Shown here: positions 40,178 to 49,018 of the stretch, in pieces
How positions within the stretch are numbered: position 1 is the stretch's first letter
Layout: each line of letters starts with the position of its first letter
Assembly (NCBI GenBank): GCA_050633305.1
Contig: JBOEGF010000007.1
Coordinates: 286,428-350,427 of the forward strand
DNA length: 64,000 nt
DNA from: Nannocystales bacterium
Lineage (GTDB): Bacteria > Myxococcota_A > Polyangia > Nannocystales > Nannocystaceae
Direction of reading: 5' to 3'
Translations under genes and position numbers: made by a program
Notes under the pieces: model-generated
Database searches by the model: none
The model's input: the letters and a program-made list of their open reading frames with translations, nothing else
What the model was told of the DNA's origin: nothing

Positions 40178-41545
40178 ATGGCGCATTTCGAACTCGAGGA
40201 CGCATATCCGGACCAAGCCCGCATCAAAGTGATCGGCGTCGGCGGTGCCGGCGGTAACGCGGTCAACACGATGATCGGGCACAACGTTGAGGGCGTCGAG
40301 TTCTTGACCGCGAACACGGATGTTCAGGCGCTCGAAAAGAACCTGGCCCCTACACGCATTCAGCTTGGCAGCGCGATCACCCGGGGCCTCGGCGCCGGTG
40401 CCAACCCCGACCGAGGCCGCGAGGCCGCGCTCGAGAGCATTCAAGAGCTGACCGCAGCGCTTCAGGGCGCAGACATGGTCTTTGTGACCGCAGGCATGGG
40501 TGGGGGCACCGGAACCGGCGCCGCTCCGATCGTGGCCCAGGTGGCCCGCGAGTGTGGAGCGCTGTGCGTGGGCGTTGTCACCAAGCCGTTCCGCTTTGAG
40601 GGACGCCGCCGTGGACGTATCGCGGGCACCGGGATCGAGACCCTGGAGCAGGCGGTCGACACCCTCATCACGATCCCCAACGATCGTCTGCTCGATGTGA
40701 CCAGCACATCGACCAGCTTGCTCGACAGCTTCAAGCTCGCCGACGAGGTGCTTCAGCACGCGACGCAGGGCGTCTCGGACCTCATCACCATCCCGGGCAT
40801 CATCAACGTCGACTTTGCCGACGTGCGTACGATCATGTCCGACCAGGGCCGTGCCTTGATGGGAATGGGAATCGCCAGCGAGGAGGGGCGCGCTGTCGTG
40901 GCTGCCCAGCAGGCGATCAACAGCCCGCTGCTCGAGGACGTCACCATCGAAGGCGCGCAGGGCATCCTGATCAACATCACCTCGGGTCCGGACCTGAAGC
41001 TCCACGAAGTCGAAGAAGCGGCCTCACTGGTGCAGGAAGCGGCTCACGAGGACTGCAACATCATCTTTGGCGCCGTCATCGACGAGTCGATGGGCGAGAC
41101 GCTTCGCATCACGGTCATCGCGACTGGGTTCGATCAGCATCAGCCGGCCGAGGAAGTCCTCGAGCACGCGATTCAGAATCACGGGCACCGTCGCCAGAGC
41201 TCGATCGTGGCCGCCGGTTCCATGGGCCCGCGTGGTCGCCAGATGGTCACCCCCGGACCCGCGATGCGTCAGCCTCAGGGTGCCAACGCGTTCATGAACG
41301 CGGGGACGCAGCAAAAGCCCGCACCTTCGCTGACCCGTGGCGCTGTGCCGCGCGCCCAACAGCCGCAGTCGCGGGCACAGCAGCCTGCGCCTGCGGCTCA
41401 AGCCCAGCCGCAGCCCGAACCTCGCAACACGTCGTCCACCTCGAGTGGTGGCTGGCCTGCACCCGAGGTGACCTCCGGTGACCCGCAGGACATCCCCGCG
41501 TTCTTGCGACGCCGCCCCGACAACGGCGACGGCTTCATGCGATAG
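40178..41545 (+). CDS. ftsZ: Cell division protein FtsZ
   Basis: IKVIGVGGAGGNAVN, GMGGGTGTG, INVDFADV, C-terminal DIPAFLRR. Confidence 0.98.
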   Translation: MAHFELEDAYPDQARIKVIGVGGAGGNAVNTMIGHNVEGVEFLTANTDVQALEKNLAPTRIQLGSAITRGLGAGANPDRGREAALESIQELTAALQGADMVFVTAGMGGGTGTGAAPIVAQVARECGALCVGVVTKPFRFEGRRRGRIAGTGIETLEQAVDTLITIPNDRLLDVTSTSTSLLDSFKLADEVLQHATQGVSDLITIPGIINVDFADVRTIMSDQGRALMGMGIASEEGRAVVAAQQAINSPLLEDVTIEGAQGILINITSGPDLKLHEVEEAASLVQEAAHEDCNIIFGAVIDESMGETLRITVIATGFDQHQPAEEVLEHAIQNHGHRRQSSIVAAGSMGPRGRQMVTPGPAMRQPQGANAFMNAGTQQKPAPSLTRGAVPRAQQPQSRAQQPAPAAQAQPQPEPRNTSSTSSGGWPAPEVTSGDPQDIPAFLRRRPDNGDGFMR

Positions 41546-41608
41546 CCGTATGTCCCACGGACCAGCGGAGGCCACCGGGTCTCCGCCGCGGTCTTGTGGG
41601 AGACAACC

Positions 41609-41651
41609 AACGAAAGAAGGCGTCCCGGAATCCGGAACGCCTTCTGTCGTT
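41609..41651. terminator. Imperfect inverted repeat between convergent ftsZ and histone genes (probable terminator)
   Basis: AACGA(A)AGAAGGCGT(C)CCGGA-a-TCCGG(A)ACGCCTTCT(G)TCGTT. Confidence 0.55.
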
Positions 41652-41697
41652 CGTGTCTGCCGCGAGCGGCAAGCACGGGGTGTTGAACCGTAGAGGA

Positions 41698-41907
41698 CTA
41701 CAAGTCGTAGGGGCGGACGGTGCCGCGCTTGTTGTCTTGAGCGCGCTGGATGGCTGCCTCGAGGAGATCGTGGACCTTCTCGGACACGGCCTGGACCAGC
41801 TCACCGTCGCTACGCAGGCCGGCGTTGCGGACAACGTCCTTGACCTTGGAGCCGACGACAACCACTTCGCGGGGTTTCTTCTTGGATGCTTTCTTTGCCT
41901 TCGCCAT
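41698..41907 (-). CDS. Bacterial histone-fold protein with Lys-rich N-terminal tail (69 aa)
   Basis: MAKAKKASKKKPREVVVVGSKVKDVVRNAGLRSDGELVQAVSEKVHDLLEAAIQRAQDNKRGTVRPYDL. It shows alpha1 (VVGSKVK), a long alpha2 and the histone L2/alpha3 motif R-x-T-V-x-x-x-D. Purine-rich GAGAAG upstream of the ATG; codon usage is strongly biased. It is the C-terminal part of the 41698..42492 ORF call. Confidence 0.88.
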   Translation of the reverse strand: MAKAKKASKKKPREVVVVGSKVKDVVRNAGLRSDGELVQAVSEKVHDLLEAAIQRAQDNKRGTVRPYDL

Positions 41908-42209
41908 TGTCTTCTCGCCTGTCTGTTGTGGGCACGTGCTGCATGAACAGCTCGTTGCGATTGGATTGTAGGCAGGTCGGATCCGCTGACAACTGAAAAA
42001 TGCCCCCAATTGGCCGAATTCCGCAGGGGAGCGGATCTTGTGGTTTTGGGCGCACCTGCGCCGACCCCAGCCGGGTGGATTCTGAGGATGCGTAGAGGGG
42101 CTCTGCACCGGGCACCTGCGGCAGATGACGGTTTTTTGCCTTGAGGGCCGTGTCCCTGTATTGCCGAGATAAGGCCCTCTAACTGGCCGAATTGGCCCAA
42201 AAGACGACG

Positions 42210-43328
42210 ATGTCGAAGCGCACGCAGACCAAGAGTCGCCCACCACGGCGACGGGCCAAGAAGGCGACTTCGGCACGTGCGGGCAATCAGCGACGACAGC
42301 CCCGAGCGACCGCTGGTGGGGCTGGGGAGGCTCGTACCAACGCTTCTCCGCGCACTCGCGGCGGGGAGAAGATCCCCCCCGGAGCCTTCTCGCGGATGCC
42401 CAAATGGGCCCGAACGACCGCACGTTGGGGGTTGAGGCTCGGCATCGCCGGGGGCCTCTCCTACGGCGCGTTGCTGGGGGTTCAAGAGGCATACGACTAC
42501 GCGACCACGTCGCCGCGCTTCGAAGCCCGCGCGTTGCTGTTCGAGCCGACCTCGCATGTGAGCGACGCAGAGCTGCGGGCGCTGATGGGCATCACGCCCG
42601 GGACGAACATCCTGTCGCTCGAGGTCGAAGGCTTGGCCGCGGCCGTCTCCGAGCACCCTTGGGTCCGTCGTGCGAGCGTGACTCGAGAGCTGCCCGATAC
42701 GCTGATCGTCGAGGTCGAAGAGCACAGCCCACGCGCAGTCCTGCTCGCTGGGGACTTTTTCCTCGTTGGGGAAGACGGCATCCCGTTCAAGCCCTTGGAG
42801 TCCGGCGAGCGCGGGACGCTGCCGATCGTCACGGGGGTCGACGCTTCGCTGGTGTTCACCGAGCCCGAGCGGGCACAGAAGGTGGTGGCGCGAGCGCTGA
42901 CGATTCTCGAGGCCTACTCGACCAAGCAGCGGCCCCGCCTCAGTGAAGTCAACATCGACGAGACCGGCGCGGCGACGCTGTACACCGCTGACCTTGGAAG
43001 TCAGCTCCGCCTGGGCCGGACGAACATCGAAGCTGCGCTGACCCGATATGACGCCCTGCGTGCGGCGTTGGGTGAGGAGTCGGACAAGCTTGCCGTCGCG
43101 CATCTCGATGCGAACTCGGCCCTCGAGGGAAAAGACCGCATCGTCGCGAGTTTCTTCCCGACCAAAGATGCTCCGGAATTCGTCGAGGACGCCACGGAGC
43201 AAGCACACCAACGGGCGCTCGAGCACCGGCTTGCGCTGGACGCTGCGAAGGACGCAAAGAAACACAAGAAGAAGGGCTCCAAGAAGGGAGCCCGCGGCGG
43301 CAAGAGTCGTCTGCCGCGATACGAGTAA
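42210..43328 (+). CDS. ftsQ: Cell division protein FtsQ/DivIB
   Basis: Single TM, POTRA domain (GTNILSL, HPWVRRASVTRELPDTLIVEVEEH), LPIVTG; directly upstream of ftsA. Confidence 0.9.
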   Translation: MSKRTQTKSRPPRRRAKKATSARAGNQRRQPRATAGGAGEARTNASPRTRGGEKIPPGAFSRMPKWARTTARWGLRLGIAGGLSYGALLGVQEAYDYATTSPRFEARALLFEPTSHVSDAELRALMGITPGTNILSLEVEGLAAAVSEHPWVRRASVTRELPDTLIVEVEEHSPRAVLLAGDFFLVGEDGIPFKPLESGERGTLPIVTGVDASLVFTEPERAQKVVARALTILEAYSTKQRPRLSEVNIDETGAATLYTADLGSQLRLGRTNIEAALTRYDALRAALGEESDKLAVAHLDANSALEGKDRIVASFFPTKDAPEFVEDATEQAHQRALEHRLALDAAKDAKKHKKKGSKKGARGGKSRLPRYE

Positions 43329-43339
43329 ACGGAGCAGTC

Positions 43340-44623
43340 ATGGCCGAGGTTGGAGAAATCATCTGCGGATTGGACGTCGGAACCACCAAGGTGGCCGCGA
43401 TCATCGGTGAAGTCACCGAGAGCGGCATCGAGGTTCTCGGTGTTGGGACGAGCCCCTCCGAGGGCCTTCGACAGGGGGTCGTGGTTAACATCGAGGCGAC
43501 CACGGGCAGCATCGCTGCGGCCGTCGCAGAGGCCGAGCAGATGGCGGCTGCGGACGTGCAGTCGGTCTACGTGGGCATCGCAGGCGGCCACGTGCAGGGG
43601 TTCAATAGCTTTGGACAGGTCAGCATGCGCTCTCGCGAGGTCGAGGACATCGACGTCGCGCGGGTGATCGAGCAGGCCAAGGCGGTCAACATCCCGCTCG
43701 ACCGGAAGATCCTGCACACCATCCCGCTCGAGTACATCATCGACGGGCAGGGCCAGATCCGCGATCCCATCGGCATGAACGGCGTGCGCATGGAAGTGAA
43801 GGCTCATGTGCTGACCGCTTCGCTGACGTCGGTGCAGAACATCGTCAAGTGCTGCAACCGCGCGGGGCTCGAGGTGATCGAAGTCGTCCTCGAGCCGTTG
43901 GCGAGCTCGCGCGCGGTCCTGCATCAAGACGAGCGTGACCTTGGCGTTGCGATCATGGACATTGGTGGCGGCACGACCGACCTCTCGGTCTGCTCCGAGG
44001 GCAGCAACGTGTTCACCTCGGTGATCGTCATGGGCGGTCATCGCATCACCCAGGACGTCGCCCACGGGTTGCGGACCAGTGTGTCCGAGGCCGAGGCGAT
44101 CAAGCGCAAGCACGGCTGCGCACTGATCAGCATGGTGGAGGGGGACGATGTCATCGAGGTTCCCGGTGTCGGTCCCCGTCCTCCCCGCGAGTTCAAGCGC
44201 CGGTTCCTCGCGGAGATCATCGAGCCCAGGGTCGAGGAAATCCTCTTGATGGCGCAGCAAGAGCTGCTCGCCAGCGGGTGTGCGGAGCTGGCGGCCAGTG
44301 GCCTGGTGCTCACCGGGGGCGCCTCTGCGATGCCTGGAATGATCGAGATCGCCGAGGACATCTTCCAGATGCCGGTGCGTCAGGGCGTGCCGACGTCGAT
44401 CCCCGGCGGGGAACGACATGGCGTGGTGTCTCTCGCAGAGGGCGGTTTCGCCTCGATGGTGTCGGACCCCAAGTTCGCCACAGGGGTCGGTTTGGTCCTG
44501 TACGGCGCAACACACGAGCCGATGGCAGAGGCTGCGGAGCTCGTCCCTGGCAAACGGTCTGCTCGAGATGAAGGTCCTGGAGCGTTCCGTCGCATCACGG
44601 ACTGGGTTCGGGATATCTTCTAG
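43340..44623 (+). CDS. ftsA: Cell division protein FtsA
   Basis: GLDVGTTKV, GLRQGVVVNIE, DIGGGTTD, VLTGGAS, FATGVGL, C-terminal amphipathic FRRITDWVRDIF. Confidence 0.97.
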   Translation: MAEVGEIICGLDVGTTKVAAIIGEVTESGIEVLGVGTSPSEGLRQGVVVNIEATTGSIAAAVAEAEQMAAADVQSVYVGIAGGHVQGFNSFGQVSMRSREVEDIDVARVIEQAKAVNIPLDRKILHTIPLEYIIDGQGQIRDPIGMNGVRMEVKAHVLTASLTSVQNIVKCCNRAGLEVIEVVLEPLASSRAVLHQDERDLGVAIMDIGGGTTDLSVCSEGSNVFTSVIVMGGHRITQDVAHGLRTSVSEAEAIKRKHGCALISMVEGDDVIEVPGVGPRPPREFKRRFLAEIIEPRVEEILLMAQQELLASGCAELAASGLVLTGGASAMPGMIEIAEDIFQMPVRQGVPTSIPGGERHGVVSLAEGGFASMVSDPKFATGVGLVLYGATHEPMAEAAELVPGKRSARDEGPGAFRRITDWVRDIF

Positions 44624-44653
44624 TTCGTCGCCTCCGGGGCGGCGCACCGGCCC

Positions 44654-45523
44654 ATGAAGCACGAGCGACGCGAGATCGAGACTCCTGACGGCATCACGCT
44701 ACGCGCGGAGTCGTGGACACCTGCGGAGATCCGCTGCGTCGTCGTCATCAGTCATGGGGCAGGGGAGCACATCGGGCGGTATGCCGATGTCGCCTCGGAC
44801 CTCGAGGAGATCGGCGCATGGGTCATCGGGCCCGACCACAGAGGCCAAGGTGAGTCCGGCGGAGCACCGGGCCACATTGAGAGCTTTGACCAGTACGGCC
44901 ACGATCTCGTGGCGGTGATGGACGCGTATGCGAAGGAGCGGCCCGACGCGAAGCCGGGTGTGGTTCCGTGGTTTGTGTTCGGCCACAGCATGGGGGGCCT
45001 CATCGTTCTCAACGCGTTGGTGGCGGACATCTTGCCCAGCGACCTACGGGGCGTCTTGTTGTCGGCACCGTTGCTGCGGCTCGCCCTGCAGCCCCCGACG
45101 CTCAAGGTTTGGCTCGGCAAGTTTGCGGCGCTTGTGGCCCCGGGGATGACCCTCCCCTCCGGACTCGATCCTAAGGACATCAGCCGCGACGAGGATCAGG
45201 TCGCCCGGTATGCTGCCGACCCCAGGAGAGTCGAGGTCGTCTCTGCCCGGTGGTTCCAGCAGATGAACGCCGCGCGTGTTCGGGTCCTGGAAGGCGTGCG
45301 CGGCCTGAAGCTGCCGCTGTATTGGTACGCAGGCACCGGCGACAAAATCTGCGACCACGCCGCGAGCCTCGAGGCGTTCTCGACGCTTCCGACGCCCGAG
45401 GACAACGACCAGACACTTCAGTCGTTCGAGGGCTACTACCACGAGCTGCACAACGAACCGCCCGAGCTTCGTAAGCCGGTTATCGATGCGTTGCGCAACT
45501 GGATCGCAGCGCGGATCGATTGA
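44654..45523 (+). CDS. Lysophospholipase / monoacylglycerol lipase-like alpha/beta hydrolase
   Basis: HGAGEHIGRY, DHRGQGES, GHSMGG, YHELHNE. Confidence 0.9.
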   Translation: MKHERREIETPDGITLRAESWTPAEIRCVVVISHGAGEHIGRYADVASDLEEIGAWVIGPDHRGQGESGGAPGHIESFDQYGHDLVAVMDAYAKERPDAKPGVVPWFVFGHSMGGLIVLNALVADILPSDLRGVLLSAPLLRLALQPPTLKVWLGKFAALVAPGMTLPSGLDPKDISRDEDQVARYAADPRRVEVVSARWFQQMNAARVRVLEGVRGLKLPLYWYAGTGDKICDHAASLEAFSTLPTPEDNDQTLQSFEGYYHELHNEPPELRKPVIDALRNWIAARID

Positions 45524-45550
45524 TCCGACTGCGGTTCGCCGACGCAGGCC

Positions 45551-45787
45551 CTACGGAGTCCGCGTGGTGAGGGAATCGACCGCGTGCACGGGCGCGCCGT
45601 CGCCCTTCATCAGGTGGGCGATCGAGCTGAGCACCAGCCGCTGTGCCTGCACGCGGTTCTTGCCCTCGAAGGCCTCGGAGAGGACGTCGAGCGTGTAGTG
45701 CCCGCCTCCGCCGTTCACCTGGACGGTGGCGCCGGGAATCGCTTCCTCGATGGAGGTGCGGAGTTGGTCGAGGATCGAAGCGGTCAT
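45551..45787 (-). CDS. bolA: BolA/IbaG family protein
   Basis: GGGHY, SEAFEGKNRVQAQRLV, PVHA. Start at ATG 45787. Confidence 0.88.
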   Translation of the reverse strand: MTASILDQLRTSIEEAIPGATVQVNGGGGHYTLDVLSEAFEGKNRVQAQRLVLSSIAHLMKGDGAPVHAVDSLTTRTP

Positions 45788-45848
45788 GGGCCGCAGGCTA
45801 ACAGGCCGCGGCGAGACCCGGCACCCGCGAGTGCCCTGTTCCGCGACG

Positions 45849-47234
45849 CTAGGTCGCTTCGAGTTGCTTGATGAGCTTTGGCCCGATCCGTGTGACCGAG
45901 CCCGCACCCAGCGTCAGGACGAGGTCCCCTGAGCGGCACATGGACGCGAGCTGTTCGGGGAGGGCGTCGAAGTCGCTGACGTGTTGGGCGGGCCTGTCGG
46001 GGTGCCGCGCGCGGAGTGCGTTGGCCAGGGCCTCGCCGTCGATCCCCGGGATTGGCGACTCGCCCGCGGGGTGCACATCGGTGATGACCACGGTGTCTGC
46101 GTCGTCGAGGCAGGCGACGAATTCCTCGAAGTTGTCGCGCAGTCGGCTGTAGCGGTGCGGTTGGACGACCGCGACGAGCCGCCTGTCGCTGAAGCTGGTT
46201 CGTGCCCCGCCGATCGTGGCGCGAATCTCGGTGGGGTGGTGCGCATAGTCGTCCACCACCATCACGCCCTTGGCTTCGCCCTGGAGGGTGAAGCGGCGCT
46301 GTACGCCGTCAAAGTCGTTGAGCCCCTTTCGAATGGTTTCCGAGGGGATCTCGAACAGGTCTGCGATGGCGATGGCGGCCAGTGCATTGGCCACGTTGTG
46401 GACGCCGGGCATCGCGAGCGTGAAGGTGCCGCGGTCGTGACCTTTGCAGAGCACCCGGAACGAGGTCTTGGCGCCTTCGTGCCGCACTTCGGCAGCGACG
46501 TAGTCGGCGTCCGTGCGCGCGATCGCGTAGGTCGTGATCGACTTGTGCAGCTGGGGCAATACGCCCGCAACGTTGGGATCGTCGATGCACACGACCGCGC
46601 TGCCATAGAAGGGCACCCGGTTGGCGAACCCCACGAACGCCTCGAGGACTCGCTCGAGGGTGCCGTAGTGCTCGAGGTGCTCGTTGTCGATGTTGGTGAT
46701 GACGGCGAAGGTCGGGGTCAGATAGAGGAACGAGCCATCGCTTTCGTCGGCTTCGGCGAGCAGCAGGTCGCTTTGTCCGAGTCGCGCGTTGCTCCCGAAC
46801 TGGTTGACCTTGCCTCCGATGACGACGGTGGGGTCGAGGTCGGCGGCCGCGAGGATCGAGGCGATGAGGGAGGTGGTCGTGGTCTTGCCGTGTGACCCGG
46901 CGACCGCGATGCCTTCCTTGAGACGCATGAGTTCCGCGAGCATCTCCGCCCGGGGAATGACCGGAATCTTGCGCTGCCGCGCGGCGACCACCTCGGAGTT
47001 GTCACGCGTGACAGCGCTCGATGTGACCACGACATCTGCGTCGCCGAGGTACTCGGGGCTGTGACCGCGGTAGACCGTCGCCCCGAGCTCGGTGAGGCGA
47101 CGGGTCGTGTCGCTCTCGTTGATGTCCGTTCCGGTGACTCGGTAGCCGAGGTTGACCAACACTTCGGCGATGCCGCTCATGCCGATGCCGCCGATGCCGA
47201 CGAAGTGGATGTGGGTGTCGCGCTTGCGGAACAT
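45849..47234 (-). CDS. murC: UDP-N-acetylmuramate--L-alanine ligase
   Basis: IHFVGIGGIGMSGIA, GSHGKTTTT, EADESDGSFL, DDYAHHPTEI, QPHRYSR. Confidence 0.97.
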   Translation of the reverse strand: MFRKRDTHIHFVGIGGIGMSGIAEVLVNLGYRVTGTDINESDTTRRLTELGATVYRGHSPEYLGDADVVVTSSAVTRDNSEVVAARQRKIPVIPRAEMLAELMRLKEGIAVAGSHGKTTTTSLIASILAAADLDPTVVIGGKVNQFGSNARLGQSDLLLAEADESDGSFLYLTPTFAVITNIDNEHLEHYGTLERVLEAFVGFANRVPFYGSAVVCIDDPNVAGVLPQLHKSITTYAIARTDADYVAAEVRHEGAKTSFRVLCKGHDRGTFTLAMPGVHNVANALAAIAIADLFEIPSETIRKGLNDFDGVQRRFTLQGEAKGVMVVDDYAHHPTEIRATIGGARTSFSDRRLVAVVQPHRYSRLRDNFEEFVACLDDADTVVITDVHPAGESPIPGIDGEALANALRARHPDRPAQHVSDFDALPEQLASMCRSGDLVLTLGAGSVTRIGPKLIKQLEAT

Positions 47235-47311
47235 GCCGGTCCTGAGCCAGACGTCTTAGCCGACTCGCCCATCCCTCGCCAAGTCGGGATGGCCATGCCA
47301 GTCTCGGGACC

Positions 47312-48385
47312 GTGACGGATGCTCCAGATTCGGCCCTTGCGACCGCGCTTGCGGACGATTTAGCGCCCTGGTTCGAGGCCTCTCACCGCGACCTCACCTG
47401 GCGCCGCACTCGGGACCCCTACGCCATCTGGGTGTCGGAGATCATGCTGCAGCAGACCCGAGTCGAGACGGTCGAGCGTTACTACACCGACTTCTTGGAG
47501 CGGTTTCCGACCGTGTTTGCTCTCGCCGACGCCGAGGAATCCGATGTGCTGGAGGCCTGGAGTGGCTTGGGCTACTACCGGCGGGCCAGGCTCCTGCACA
47601 AAGGAGCGCGGCATGTTCGGGACGAGCACGCGGGGACCGTGCCCCACGAGGGGAAGGCCTTGCGCGCGATTCCAGGGGTCGGGCGCTATACGTGTGGTGC
47701 CATCGCGTCGATCGCCTTCGACCGCCCGGAACCCTTGGTCGACGGCAACGTCGCGCGGGTTCTGTCGCGGGTGTGCGGAATCGAAGAGCCCAAGTTGCAG
47801 GACGCAGGCGCGGCCGGCCACTGGACGTTGGCGGAGGCGATCCTGCAACGCGGCCGACCCAGAGTGTTGGCGCAAGCGTTGATGGAGTTGGGGGCGACCG
47901 TGTGTGTGCCCAAGAACCCGCGGTGCGAGAGCTGCCCGGTGCGTCCCCACTGCAATGCGCACGCGACGGAGCGGACACGTGTCATCCCGGCGCCGAAGAA
48001 ACGGACGCCGCAGCCCGTCGATAGGCTTTGCGGGCTGGCGGTCATCAGCCGCAATCGACTGCTCATGGTGAAGCGCCCCGCGACTGGGCTTCTTGCCGGC
48101 ATGTGGTGCCTTCCGTTGGTCATTGACGAGGATGGGCCCACCGAACTCGGCGCGGTGTTTTCCGCGCCGGACTCGCTGGAAACATGGCGTTCCCTCGGCG
48201 AGGTTCGGCATGTGTTCACCCACCGGATCTGGGAACTCAACGTCATGACCACGTCCGTACGCCGCCGTCCCGCACTCGTGGCAGACGTCGAGACCGCATG
48301 GGTCGCGCCGGGTCAGCTCCCCCCCGGCGGAATCCCGGGGGTCACCACCAAGCTGCTGGCCGTTGCGGGCTTCGGGGCGCTCTAG
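47312..48385 (+). CDS. mutY: A/G-specific adenine glycosylase
   Basis: VSEIMLQQT, GLGYYRRAR, PGVGRYT, VDGNVARV, 4Fe-4S motif CxxxxPxCxxCPxxxxC, HVFTH. Confidence 0.95.
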   Translation: MTDAPDSALATALADDLAPWFEASHRDLTWRRTRDPYAIWVSEIMLQQTRVETVERYYTDFLERFPTVFALADAEESDVLEAWSGLGYYRRARLLHKGARHVRDEHAGTVPHEGKALRAIPGVGRYTCGAIASIAFDRPEPLVDGNVARVLSRVCGIEEPKLQDAGAAGHWTLAEAILQRGRPRVLAQALMELGATVCVPKNPRCESCPVRPHCNAHATERTRVIPAPKKRTPQPVDRLCGLAVISRNRLLMVKRPATGLLAGMWCLPLVIDEDGPTELGAVFSAPDSLETWRSLGEVRHVFTHRIWELNVMTTSVRRRPALVADVETAWVAPGQLPPGGIPGVTTKLLAVAGFGAL

Positions 48386-48393
48386 GGGGTTCC

Positions 48394-48954
48394 CTAGAAG
48401 TAGTAACGAGCCTTGATCGAGATGTCCCCGTGCGCCGCGCTGAAGCAAGCGCTCCGGCCACCGCAGGGCCCGTAGATCATGTACGGGGACCAAGTCCCCT
48501 CGAGCACCGTGTCGATGGGCACCTCTTTCCAGTGGAACGCCAGCCCGACCGGAGGCTTCACGATGAGTCCCGCTTGGTTGTTGTCGAACCCGATTGCGAC
48601 GCCCAAGCCGAAGTACGGCATGAAGTCGAAGGTGCTGTTCGAGACGAAGACGCCGGGTGTCCAAAGGTAGTCGACCCCGACGCCGCCATCGCCGTAGTGC
48701 AGCGGGAGCCAAGCGACATGGAACTGCAGCGCATGGGCGGGATGGAAGAAGTGTTTGACCGACAACCCCATCGGGTCGCCCAGGCTCAGACCCACACCGG
48801 TGTTGCCACCGCGGCTCGCGATGCGGTTGCCCGGGGACGGGGCGGCCTGGGCTTCGGAGGCCTCGCCGGCAAAAGCGGCCAAGCCTGCTACGGCTGCAAC
48901 AAACAGGGAGGCGGTCGTGGTCTTGGCTCGGCGTCTCATCACGTTGTGGGGCAT
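48394..48954 (-). CDS. Small outer-membrane beta-barrel protein (DUF3996-like)
   Basis: Signal peptide, GVGLSLGDPMGLSVK, alternating strands, C-terminal ARYYF. Start uncertain. Confidence 0.65.
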   Translation of the reverse strand: MPHNVMRRRAKTTTASLFVAAVAGLAAFAGEASEAQAAPSPGNRIASRGGNTGVGLSLGDPMGLSVKHFFHPAHALQFHVAWLPLHYGDGGVGVDYLWTPGVFVSNSTFDFMPYFGLGVAIGFDNNQAGLIVKPPVGLAFHWKEVPIDTVLEGTWSPYMIYGPCGGRSACFSAAHGDISIKARYYF

Positions 48955-49018
48955 GCGTTGGACCGTCGTGGACCGCCGAACATTGGCGGCCAGCGTCTAC
49001 AATCGGCGTCCGATCGCA

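Noticed and set aside
41908..42492. N-terminal 195 aa of the 264-aa ORF 41698..42492
   Set aside because: It overlaps ftsQ antisense and looks non-coding; only the last 69 aa, from ATG 41907, form a credible protein.
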